Source: Candidatus Eiseniibacteriota bacterium
Lineage (GTDB): Bacteria > Eisenbacteria > RBG-16-71-46
Direction of reading: 5' to 3'
Assembly (NCBI GenBank): GCA_963707915.1
Contig: OY970178.1
Location: forward strand, 2,880,001 to 2,944,000
DNA length: 64,000 nucleotides
Positions 51,363-59,465 of the stretch are shown here, piece by piece; positions within the stretch are counted from its first letter, which is position 1, and each line of letters begins with the position of its first letter. The notes beneath the pieces are model-generated. The model made no database searches. It worked only from the letters and a program-made list of their open reading frames with translations, and was not told the origin of the DNA. Position numbers and translations under genes: made by a program.

Positions 51363-51995
51363 ATGACCGGCCTGTTCGTGACGTTCGAGGGGGGCGAGGG
51401 CTCGGGCAAGTCCACGCAGCTCGCCCGCCTCGCCGCCCGCCTGCGCGCACGCGGCATCGAGCCGGTCGTCGCGCGCGAGCCCGGCGGCACGCCGCTCGCG
51501 GAGCGCATCCGCGAGTTGCTGCTCGATCCCGCCCGTCGTCCCGGCGCGGTCTCCGAGGTCCTGCTCATGGAGGCCGCGCGCGCCGACCTGGTCGCGAACC
51601 TCGTGCGCCCGGCGCTGGCGGCCGGCCGCGTCGTCCTCTGCGACCGTTACGACGACTCGACGCTCGCCTACCAGGGCGCCGGCCGCGGGCTCGACCCCGG
51701 CCTGCTCGCGACCTTGAACGAGGTGGCCACGGACGGGCTGGTGCCCGCCCTCACGCTGCTCTACGACGTGCCGACGGGAGTGGGGCTCGCGCGCCGGGAG
51801 AACGCGGCGGGCGGGACCAACCGGCTGGACCGCGAGCCCGAGGACTTCCACCACCGCGTGCGCCGCCGCTTCCTCGAGCTGGCGGCGGCGGAGCCGGAGC
51901 GCTGGGTGGTGCTCGACGCCACGGCCACGCCCGAGGAGTTGGAACGGCTCGGCTGGGCGGCGCTCGAGGAGCGGCTGACCGCGGCGGGCCGCTGA
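51363..51995 (+). CDS. tmk: Thymidylate kinase
   Basis: FEGGEGSGKSTQ, REPGGT, CDRY-DS-AYQG. Confidence 0.95.
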   Translation: MTGLFVTFEGGEGSGKSTQLARLAARLRARGIEPVVAREPGGTPLAERIRELLLDPARRPGAVSEVLLMEAARADLVANLVRPALAAGRVVLCDRYDDSTLAYQGAGRGLDPGLLATLNEVATDGLVPALTLLYDVPTGVGLARRENAAGGTNRLDREPEDFHHRVRRRFLELAAAEPERWVVLDATATPEELERLGWAALEERLTAAGR

Positions 51996-51999
51996 GGTC

Positions 52000-52046
52000 G
52001 CCGGGCGTGGCCGGGCGTGGCCGGGCGGGGATCGCGATGCTATATT
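52000..52046 (+). promoter_or_regulatory. 10-bp tandem repeat followed by an extended -10 upstream of ctpA
   Basis: GCCGGGCGTG repeated about 3 times, then TGCTATATT at 52038-46. Confidence 0.45.
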
Positions 52047-52131
52047 CGGTCGTTCGCAGGCCGTTCCTGAACATCCCCTGCGCCATCCCGGCCCGCTCGA
52101 GACACCGGCCGGCGCACTCGAAGGACGTGCC

Positions 52132-53754
52132 GTGATCCGACGCCGCCTCGTCATCGCCATCCTCCTCGTTGTCCTCTTCGCCATCGGCTGGTGGAGCGGA
52201 CGGGTCGCTTCGCGCGACCTGTACGCGGACCTCGACCTGTTCGTCGAGGTGCTGCACAAGGTCGAGGCGAACTACGTGGACCCGGTGGACCCGCGGTCCC
52301 TGATGGATGGCGCCATCAAGGGGATGCTGCGGCAGCTCGACCCGCACTCGCAGTACCTCGACGAGAAGGCCTACGCCGAACTGCTGAGCATGACCGAGGG
52401 CACGTTCGGGGGCATCGGCGTCGAGGTGAACGTGCGCGACGGGTATCCCACCGTGATCGCCCCGATCGAGGGCACACCCGCCTGGGAGGCCGGCCTGCGC
52501 TCGGGCGACGTCATCGTCCAGATCGACGGCAAGTCCACCTACGGGCTGACCGTCACGGACGCCGCCGACCGGCTGCGCGGCCCCGACGGGAGCGAGGTCC
52601 GCGTCAAGGTGAGCCGGGAGGGCGAGGAGGAGGAGCCCGAGGTCACGCTCGTCCGCCGCGTCATCGAGCGCAAGGCGGTCCCCTACGCCTTCGTGGCGCC
52701 GGACAGCATCGGCTACCTGAGGATCACGGCCTTCTCGGAGCGCACCGCCGAGGAGACGCGCACCATGATCGCCCGCCTGGAGACCGAGGGGGCGAAGAGC
52801 CTGGTGCTGGACCTGCGGATGAACCCCGGCGGCCTGCTCGACCAGGCGGTGGGGGTGTCCGAGGCGCTGCTGCCGCGCGGGACGATGGTGGTCTACACGC
52901 ACGGCCGCACCCGCAGCGAAGACAGCCGCTACTACGCGGACGAGCCGCGGCCGAACCTGCGCTGGCCGGTGGTCGTGCTGGTGGATGGCGGCAGTGCCTC
53001 GGCCTCCGAGATCGTGGCCGGGGCGCTCCAGGACCTGGACCGGGCGCTGCTGGTGGGCAGCACGACCTTCGGCAAGGGATCGGTGCAGCGGCTCTTCCCG
53101 CTGCCCGACGAGAAGGCCGCGCTCAAGCTCACCACCGCGCTCTACTACACGCCGAGCGGCCGCTCGATCGACCGCGCCGTCCGCGATTCGTCCCTGGACG
53201 AGGAGGACGCGGGGGACGGCCCGGCCCCGCCGTCCGCGCCCGACACCACGCCCCCACCGCGGTTCCGCACGCGGTCCGGCCGCATCGTGTACGGCGGCGG
53301 CGGCATCGCGCCCGACGTGGTCGTCGCGCCGGACACGCTCGCCGGTCTGCCGCGCCGGGTCGAGGCGCGCAACCTCGCCTTCCGCTTCGCCAACCGCTGG
53401 CTCAACCTGCACCCCCAGCCGCAGCCCGACGCGAGCGCGCCGGTACCCTGGACGGAATTCCTCGACTGGCTGCGCGAGGAGAAGGTGGAGTTCACGGCGG
53501 CCGAGGCGGCGTCCGGGCGCGCCGTGCTGGAGCGCGCGGTGCGCCGCGAGATGGCGCGCCGGATGCTGGGCGCCGGTGCTGCGGCGCGCGTGGCGCTCGA
53601 GGGCGACCCGGTGTGGGCGCGGGCCTGCGCGGTGCTGGCCCGGGCGCGCGAGCCGCGCGACGTGTTCGCCGCGGCGGCGCCGGCGGCGCCGAAGGCGGCG
53701 GCTTCGCGCCGGGCGCCGGCGAAGCCGGCGGCGCACCGGGCCGTGGCGCGCTGA
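52132..53754 (+). CDS. ctpA: S41 C-terminal processing protease (PDZ)
   Basis: LDPHS, FGGIG, DLRMNPGG, SASASEIVAG, TFGKG, YYTPSGR. Confidence 0.92.
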   Translation: MIRRRLVIAILLVVLFAIGWWSGRVASRDLYADLDLFVEVLHKVEANYVDPVDPRSLMDGAIKGMLRQLDPHSQYLDEKAYAELLSMTEGTFGGIGVEVNVRDGYPTVIAPIEGTPAWEAGLRSGDVIVQIDGKSTYGLTVTDAADRLRGPDGSEVRVKVSREGEEEEPEVTLVRRVIERKAVPYAFVAPDSIGYLRITAFSERTAEETRTMIARLETEGAKSLVLDLRMNPGGLLDQAVGVSEALLPRGTMVVYTHGRTRSEDSRYYADEPRPNLRWPVVVLVDGGSASASEIVAGALQDLDRALLVGSTTFGKGSVQRLFPLPDEKAALKLTTALYYTPSGRSIDRAVRDSSLDEEDAGDGPAPPSAPDTTPPPRFRTRSGRIVYGGGGIAPDVVVAPDTLAGLPRRVEARNLAFRFANRWLNLHPQPQPDASAPVPWTEFLDWLREEKVEFTAAEAASGRAVLERAVRREMARRMLGAGAAARVALEGDPVWARACAVLARAREPRDVFAAAAPAAPKAAASRRAPAKPAAHRAVAR

Positions 53755-53755
53755 G

Positions 53756-54409
53756 ATGGCGCGTGCCTTCCTCTGCGACTTCGACGGCACCATCTCCCCG
53801 ACCGACATCGGCGCGGCCTTCGCCCGCGCCTTCTCGCCGGGGGGCGCGGCCGAGCACGACGACCTCATCGGCCCCTGGGCGAGCGGCGAGATCGGGCACC
53901 GCGAGCTGACCGCGCTGCAGTGCCGGCTGATCCGGGCGACGGCCGCGGAGGCGCTGGCCTACACGCGCGGCTTCGCGCTGGACCCGCACTTCGCGCCCTT
54001 CGTGGACGAGGCACGGGCGCGCGGCGATCAGGTGATGGTGGTGAGCGAGGGCTTCGACTTCTACCTCGCCGACCAGTTGGCGCGCGCCGGGCTGCAGGAC
54101 GTGCCCTTCGCCGCGAACCGCCTGCGCTTCGAGCCGGACCGCGTGGTCCCGGAGTTCCCGTGGAGTGCCGACGGCTGCGGGCGCTGTGGCAACTGCAAGG
54201 GGCAGCACGTGCGCGCCTGGCGCGCCCGGGGCTTCGAGACGGTGCTGGTGGGGGACGGGTTCTCGGACCGCTGCGGGGCCCGCGAGGCGGACCGGGTGGT
54301 CGCGCGCGGCGACCTGCTCGAGTGGTGCGCCCGCGAGGGCATCGCCGCCGTCCCGTTCCGCGACTTCGCCGACGTGGCCACGATCGCCCGGGAATGGGCG
54401 CGACCGTGA
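53756..54409 (+). CDS. MtnX-like HAD-IB phosphatase
   Basis: CDFDGTI, VSEG, CGRCGNCK, GDGFSD. Confidence 0.88.
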   Translation: MARAFLCDFDGTISPTDIGAAFARAFSPGGAAEHDDLIGPWASGEIGHRELTALQCRLIRATAAEALAYTRGFALDPHFAPFVDEARARGDQVMVVSEGFDFYLADQLARAGLQDVPFAANRLRFEPDRVVPEFPWSADGCGRCGNCKGQHVRAWRARGFETVLVGDGFSDRCGAREADRVVARGDLLEWCAREGIAAVPFRDFADVATIAREWARP

Positions 54410-54416
54410 TCGCGTG

Positions 54417-54600
54417 CCGGGCGAGGCAGGGGACCCAGGGCCCTCCGCGAGGACGCTGCGCGCCGCCACCGCCCGCCCCGCGCCGCGGGTCGGGCTTTCC
54501 GTGGCGGTGCTCGCTCCCCGGCAATTCCCCGCCCGCCACATCCTGTGGCGGCCGGGGCCGGGACCCTCGCTGTGGGCCCTGGGTCCCCTGCCCCGCCCGG
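54417..54600. repeat. 184-nt element bounded by 27-bp inverted repeats (MITE-like or structured RNA)
   Basis: 54417-54443 against 54574-54600, one mismatch; two internal hairpin arms. Confidence 0.7.
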
Positions 54601-54659
54601 CCGCCGTTCCACCCGGCACCGGGCAGCGCGGGCTGACGGCAAGCGTTACACTGGGCCCC

Positions 54660-55727
54660 ATGCGCATCGGCGACATCCTCTTCGACTCCCCGTTCCTGCT
54701 GGCCCCGCTCGCCGGGGTGAGCGACTCGCCGTTCCGCCGGCTGGTGCGCGAGCAGGGCGCCTCCGGGGTCGTGAGCGAGATGGTCTCGGCCGACGGGCTG
54801 GTCCGCGGGCAGCGGGCCACGCTCGAGTACCTGCGCTTCGAGGCGGTGGAGCGTCCCATCGGCCTGCAGATCTTCGGCGCGGACCCCGCCGTGATGGCGG
54901 ACGCGGCGCGCGTGGTGTGCGCGCTGCCCACCGCCGAGCGCCCCGACTGGATCGACGTCAACATGGGCTGCCCGGTGCGCAAGGTGGTGAACCGCCGGGC
55001 CGGCGCCGCCCTGCTCACCGACCTGCCGCTGCTCTCGGAGATCGTGCGGCGCATGGCGGAGGCGAGCACGCTGCCGGTCACCGCCAAGACCCGCCTCGGC
55101 TGGGACGGGAGCTCGTCGAACGTGGCCGAGGTGACGCGGGCGCTCGAGGGCGCCGGTGCGCAGGCCGTGGCGATCCACGCCCGCACCCGCGCCGAGAAGT
55201 TCGGGGGCGAGGCGCGCTGGGAGCTGATCGGCGAGGCGAAGCGGGCGGTGGGCATCCCGGTCATCGGCAACGGCGACGTGCGCACGCCGGACGACGCGAT
55301 GCGGATGCTCGAGACCACCGGCTGCGACGGCGTGATGATCGGGCGCGCGGCGTTCGGGGACCCATGGCTCTTCCGGCGGGTGCGCGCGTTCTGGGAGAAC
55401 GGGGAGCGGCTGCCGCCGGCCACCGCCGCCGAGCGGATCGGGGTGGGCCTGCGGCACCTGCGCCTGCTGGTCGAGTGGGCCGGCCCCGACGCCGCCACCC
55501 GCGAGATGCGCAAGCACGTGGCCTGGTACGTCAAGGGGCTGCCGCACAGCTCGCGCGTGCGCGAGCAGGTCAACCGCACCCGCACGGCGGACGAGCTGGC
55601 GGCGCTGCTGCGCGCCTATCTCGACGAACTCGAGTGCGGCGGAGCGAAGGCGCTCCCCGCGAGCGCGCCGCCCGCCGCCGCCGCGGACGATGCCATCCGT
55701 CCGGAGGCCCCGCATGCGGCCCGCTGA
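54660..55727 (+). CDS. dusB: tRNA-dihydrouridine synthase B
   Basis: LAPLAGVSD, DVNMGCP, IHART, GNGDV, GVMIGR, MRKH. Confidence 0.93.
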   Translation: MRIGDILFDSPFLLAPLAGVSDSPFRRLVREQGASGVVSEMVSADGLVRGQRATLEYLRFEAVERPIGLQIFGADPAVMADAARVVCALPTAERPDWIDVNMGCPVRKVVNRRAGAALLTDLPLLSEIVRRMAEASTLPVTAKTRLGWDGSSSNVAEVTRALEGAGAQAVAIHARTRAEKFGGEARWELIGEAKRAVGIPVIGNGDVRTPDDAMRMLETTGCDGVMIGRAAFGDPWLFRRVRAFWENGERLPPATAAERIGVGLRHLRLLVEWAGPDAATREMRKHVAWYVKGLPHSSRVREQVNRTRTADELAALLRAYLDELECGGAKALPASAPPAAAADDAIRPEAPHAAR

Positions 55728-56487
55728 GCTGAAGCGCCTGCTCGAGGGCGTGCGGCGCGGGCGCGTGAGCCCCGCGGAAGCGGCCCGGCGGATCGACGAG
55801 GCGCCGCTCGAGCAGCTCGCCTTCGCCACGATCGACCACCAGCGCGCGCAGCGGAGCGGCTTCCCCGAGGTCGTCTTCGGCCAGGGCAAGACGCCGGCGC
55901 AACTGGTGGCGATCGCCGGCCGCCTGCTCGCCCGGGGCGGCCCGGTGCTGGCCACCCGCGTGGACGAGGCGGGCCGGGCCGCGCTCGCCCGGGCCTTTCC
56001 GCGGGCGGTGCTGCACGAGCTGGCGCGCTGCGTGGTGCTGCCGCGCGCCGGCGCGCGGGGCGCGCGCCGGCCCCGGGCCGCCGGATCGGTACTGGTGGTC
56101 TGCGCGGGCACCGCCGACCTGCCGGTGGCCGAAGAGGCGCTGGTCACCGCCCGGGTGATGGGCAGCCGCGCCGAGTTGATCGCCGACGTGGGGGTGGCGG
56201 GACTGCACCGCCTGCTGGCGCACCGGCAGCGCCTGCGGGACGCCCGGGTGATCGTGGTGGTGGCGGGGCTCGAGGGCGCGCTGGCGAGCGTGGTGGGCGG
56301 GCTCGTGGACCGCCCAGTCATCGCGGTCCCCACCAGCGTGGGCTACGGTGCGCACTTCCGGGGCCTCGCGCCGCTGCTGGCCATGCTCAACTCCTGCGCG
56401 GCGGGGGTCACGGTGGTGAACGTGGACAACGGCTTCGGAGCGGGCTACGCGGCCCACCTGGTGAACGTGGCGGCCCGGCGGCGCTAG
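55714..56487 (+). CDS. larB: Nickel-pincer cofactor biosynthesis protein LarB
   Basis: GFPEVVFGQGKT, AGTAD, DVGVAG, AGLEGAL, PTSVGYG, SCA, VNVDNG. Confidence 0.95.
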   Translation: MRPAELKRLLEGVRRGRVSPAEAARRIDEAPLEQLAFATIDHQRAQRSGFPEVVFGQGKTPAQLVAIAGRLLARGGPVLATRVDEAGRAALARAFPRAVLHELARCVVLPRAGARGARRPRAAGSVLVVCAGTADLPVAEEALVTARVMGSRAELIADVGVAGLHRLLAHRQRLRDARVIVVVAGLEGALASVVGGLVDRPVIAVPTSVGYGAHFRGLAPLLAMLNSCAAGVTVVNVDNGFGAGYAAHLVNVAARRR

Positions 56488-56512
56488 TCCGGGCCAAGGG
56501 GAGACGGAGAGC

Positions 56513-57712
56513 ATGCGCATCGCCTGGTTCGACTGCTTCTCGGGCATCAGCGGCGACATGACGCTGGGAGCCCTGGTCTCGGCGGGCTGGCCGGCCGGGG
56601 AGCTCCAGTCGCTGCCGGCGCGGCTCGGCCTCGAAGGCGTGCGGATCGGCGTGAAGGACGTGCGCCGCGGCCCGCTGGCCGCCCTCCAGGTCGAGGTCGC
56701 GGTCGGGTCGGCGCGGCAGCCGCATCGCCACCTGCGCCACGTCGAGGAAGTGCTCGCCCGCGCGGACCTGCCGGGGGCGGTGCGCGAACGCTCGCTCGCG
56801 GTCTTCCGCCGCCTGGCTGCGGCGGAGGCCGAGGTGCACGGCACCAGCGTCGAGCAGGTCCACTTCCACGAAGTGGGCGCGGTCGACGCGTTGGTGGACG
56901 TGACCGGCGCCCTGCTCGGGCTCGACCGCCTGGGGGTCGCGCGGGTCCACGCCTCGCCCCCCCGGCTGGGGCGGGGCAGCGTGCGCTCCGAGCACGGCCT
57001 GATCCCGGTCCCGGCCCCGGCGACCGCGCTGCTGCTGCGGGGCGCGCCCGTGGAGATCGGCGAGGTGGAGGCCGAGCTCACCACCCCCACCGGCGCGGCC
57101 CTGCTCGCCACGCTGGTCGAGGACTGGGCGCCGCCGCCCGCGTTCCGGCTCGAGCGGGTGGGCACCGGCGCCGGCGCGCGCGAGCTGGCCGGCCAGCCCA
57201 ACGTGCTGCGGCTGTTCCTCGGCGAGTCCGGGGAGACGGCCGGCGCGGGGCCGTTGCGGCACCGCCGGGTGGCCGTGCTCGAGACCGCGCTGGACGACGA
57301 GAACCCCCAGTACGTGGGGGCCCTGGTCCCGCGCCTGCTGGCGGCGGGCGCGCTGGACGCTATGGTGGTGCCGAGCGTGATGAAGAAGGGCCGGCCCGGG
57401 ATGTGGCTGGTCGTCATCGCCGAGCCGGAGGGCGCGGGCGCGCTGGCGCAGCTGCTCCTGACCGAGACCACCAGCCTGGGCGTGCGGGTGCGCCACGAGG
57501 AGCGCGTGGAGCTGGAGCGCAGGGCGGAGCCGGTCGCGACCCCGTTCGGGAGCGTCCTGCTCAAGGTGGCGTCGCTGCCCGGCGGGGGCGAGCGGGCCGT
57601 GCCCGAGTTCGAGTCGGTGCGTGAAGCGGCCGAGCGCGCCGGCCGGCCGCTGCGCGAAGTGGCCGAGGCGGCGCTGGCCGCCTGGCGCGAGCAGGGCGGA
57701 GCCGGGCGGTGA
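56513..57712 (+). CDS. larC: Nickel-pincer cofactor nickel insertase LarC (single continuous ORF)
   Basis: FSGISGDM, VHFHEVGAVD, PAPAT, ELTTPTG, MKKGRP, ETTSLGVR, PEFE. Confidence 0.95.
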   Translation: MRIAWFDCFSGISGDMTLGALVSAGWPAGELQSLPARLGLEGVRIGVKDVRRGPLAALQVEVAVGSARQPHRHLRHVEEVLARADLPGAVRERSLAVFRRLAAAEAEVHGTSVEQVHFHEVGAVDALVDVTGALLGLDRLGVARVHASPPRLGRGSVRSEHGLIPVPAPATALLLRGAPVEIGEVEAELTTPTGAALLATLVEDWAPPPAFRLERVGTGAGARELAGQPNVLRLFLGESGETAGAGPLRHRRVAVLETALDDENPQYVGALVPRLLAAGALDAMVVPSVMKKGRPGMWLVVIAEPEGAGALAQLLLTETTSLGVRVRHEERVELERRAEPVATPFGSVLLKVASLPGGGERAVPEFESVREAAERAGRPLREVAEAALAAWREQGGAGR

Positions 57713-59103
57713 GCCTGCTCTCGGCCCGGGACCTGTGGGTGGCCCCGCCCGCCGAGGGAACGCAGCGCGGGGGGGTCGCCGAGGCGGTCATCCGGGGGCT
57801 CTCGCTCGAGCTGGGGGCCGGCGAATGGCTGGCCGTGCGCGGGGCGAACGGCTGCGGCAAGACCAGCCTGCTCCTCGCGCTCGCGGGCCTCTGGCCGGTG
57901 CGCTCGGGCGAGGTGCGGTTCGAGGGCCGGACCTTCGGCCCCGGAACGCCGGCGGAACGGCGTGCCCGCATGGCGGTGATCCTGCAGGACCCCTCGAGCC
58001 AGCTGCTGCAGCCGACGGTGCGGGAGGAGCTGGCCTTCTCGGCCCTGAACCTGGGACACGCGCCGGACGAAGTGTCCGGCGAGGTCGCGCGCTGGAGCGA
58101 TCGGCTGGGGCTGGCCGACGACCTGGCCAGGGACCCGCAGCAGCTCTCGGCGGGGCGGCAGCAGTTGGTGCTCGTCGGGGCGGCGCTCGTCGCGCAACCG
58201 ACTTTGTTGCTGGCGGATGAGCCCGCCGCGCACTTCGACCGCGAGACCCGGCGCCGGGTGCTCGAGCTGGTGCGCGGAGAGGTGGATCGCGGGCTCTCGG
58301 TGGTCTGGGTGACGCAGGACGACGACGAACTGGCGAGTTCCGATCGCAGCCTGGACCTGGGCGCCGGCGAAACGGTGGAGATAGCTCGCAACGCGCCATT
58401 CCCGAAGACCTTGGAAGGTCCGACCGAGACGCTCCTCACGCTGCGCGTATCCCCGTGGGACGGCCGCGGCGGCCCCGCCGTGAGGACCTCCGTCGCGCTG
58501 GCGATCCCGGTATGGAAGACCGGTGTGACGGCGATCGAAGGGCCCAACGCCGTCGGCAAGAGCGTGCTGCTCGGAGCCGCGGCGGGCATCCTGGCGCTGG
58601 AGCAGGTCCGGGTGGACGGCGGGCCGGACCCAGCGTCCCCACCGATTCTCTGCTCCCAGTACCCGGAACTCGAGATCTTCGAGGAAAGGGCCAGGGACGA
58701 AGTGATTTACGCCGCTGTCAGCCGTGGGGTCGCGCCGGCGCGCGCCCTGGGGGAAGCGACCCAACTCCTCGAGCGGCTCGGGCCCGGGTCGGGCGCGATG
58801 CTCGAGCGCCACACCTGGGGACTCTCGGGCGGCGAGAAACGCCTGCTTTCGCTGGTCGCCGCGCTCGTCGCCCCGGCCTCGATGTACGTGCTGGACGAAC
58901 CTACCGCCGGGCTCGATTCCCGCCGCCGCCTCGCCCTGGCGGGGATCGTCGCGGAATGGTCCCGGCGGGCCGCCGTGCTGCTCGCCAGCCAGGACGGCGC
59001 CTGGCTGGATGGGCTCGCCGCCGGCCGTAACCGCCTGGGGGCCCGACCCGGTCAACCGCTGGAAGTCACGGCGAAAAAACGGATTGACAAGACCCTGTCG
59101 TAA
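57709..59103 (+). CDS. Tandem ECF-type (CbiO/EcfA-like) ATPase, degenerate
   Basis: GANGCGKT/QDP/TVREE/LSAG/ADEP in the first domain; GPNAVGKS/QYP/LSGGE/LDEP in the second. Confidence 0.75.
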   Translation: MSLLSARDLWVAPPAEGTQRGGVAEAVIRGLSLELGAGEWLAVRGANGCGKTSLLLALAGLWPVRSGEVRFEGRTFGPGTPAERRARMAVILQDPSSQLLQPTVREELAFSALNLGHAPDEVSGEVARWSDRLGLADDLARDPQQLSAGRQQLVLVGAALVAQPTLLLADEPAAHFDRETRRRVLELVRGEVDRGLSVVWVTQDDDELASSDRSLDLGAGETVEIARNAPFPKTLEGPTETLLTLRVSPWDGRGGPAVRTSVALAIPVWKTGVTAIEGPNAVGKSVLLGAAAGILALEQVRVDGGPDPASPPILCSQYPELEIFEERARDEVIYAAVSRGVAPARALGEATQLLERLGPGSGAMLERHTWGLSGGEKRLLSLVAALVAPASMYVLDEPTAGLDSRRRLALAGIVAEWSRRAAVLLASQDGAWLDGLAAGRNRLGARPGQPLEVTAKKRIDKTLS

Positions 59104-59112
59104 GCCTAGCCT
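59074..59112 (+). promoter_or_regulatory. Sigma70-type promoter of the 1464-aa gene, inside the 3' end of the ECF ATPase gene
   Basis: AAAAAACGGA-TTGACA-17-TAGCCT. Confidence 0.7.
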
Positions 59113-59118
59113 TTCCTT

Positions 59119-59465
59119 TGGCTGGGGAGGATGGTGCGTCCTTTTTGAAACCCCCAGGAGCACCTCAAGTTCCGCGGTCATGGGTGGCGCAGGAGCTGGC
59201 AGCGGTTCCGGCGCGGCCTTATGGCTCACGACGAGATCACACATAAGAATGTGCCGTACGTCACCTGAACTGCCTAAGGGCGACGTCGGCAGCGGGAAGG
59301 GGGGATTCGCACTCGACTGGCGCTGTAATCAGCCGTCGGAGCCCGGACCCATGGTCCGTGGGCGTTCCGTCGGCCGATTCGTTTCTGGCGACACCTCGCT
59401 CGCAATCCGTTCCGGAAGACTTCGCATTGCCCAAGCACTAGCATTGCGACGACGGAGGTAGTCAA
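59119..59465 (+). promoter_or_regulatory. Long structured 5' leader
   Basis: Successive stems CTGGGG/CCCCAG, GGAGCTG/CGGTTCC, CACAT/ATGTG, CTGCC/GGCAG, CGAC/GTCG, GGACC/GGTCC, TCGCAAT/ATTGCGA before the GGAGG RBS. Confidence 0.5.

Noticed and set aside
52000..52028. 10-bp tandem repeat as a CRISPR or mobile-element signature
   Set aside because: About three directly abutting copies, no spacers, no cas or transposase genes.
54417..54600. 6S RNA call based on length
   Set aside because: The fold is branched with a near-perfect GC stem and no central bubble; kept as an unnamed element.
56513..57712. Programmed frameshift in larC as known in some lactobacilli
   Set aside because: The gene is one continuous frame covering both LarC halves.
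59262..59302. ACCTGAACTGCC...GGCAGCGGGAAGG resembling the 3' half of a TPP riboswitch
   Set aside because: No CTGAGA motif or TAAT loop, and the downstream gene is unrelated to thiamine.
59314..59345. CGACTGGCG resembling a ZTP (pfl) riboswitch
   Set aside because: The GTGG..CCAC, GGGGAGC and CGCCTGGGC elements are missing.
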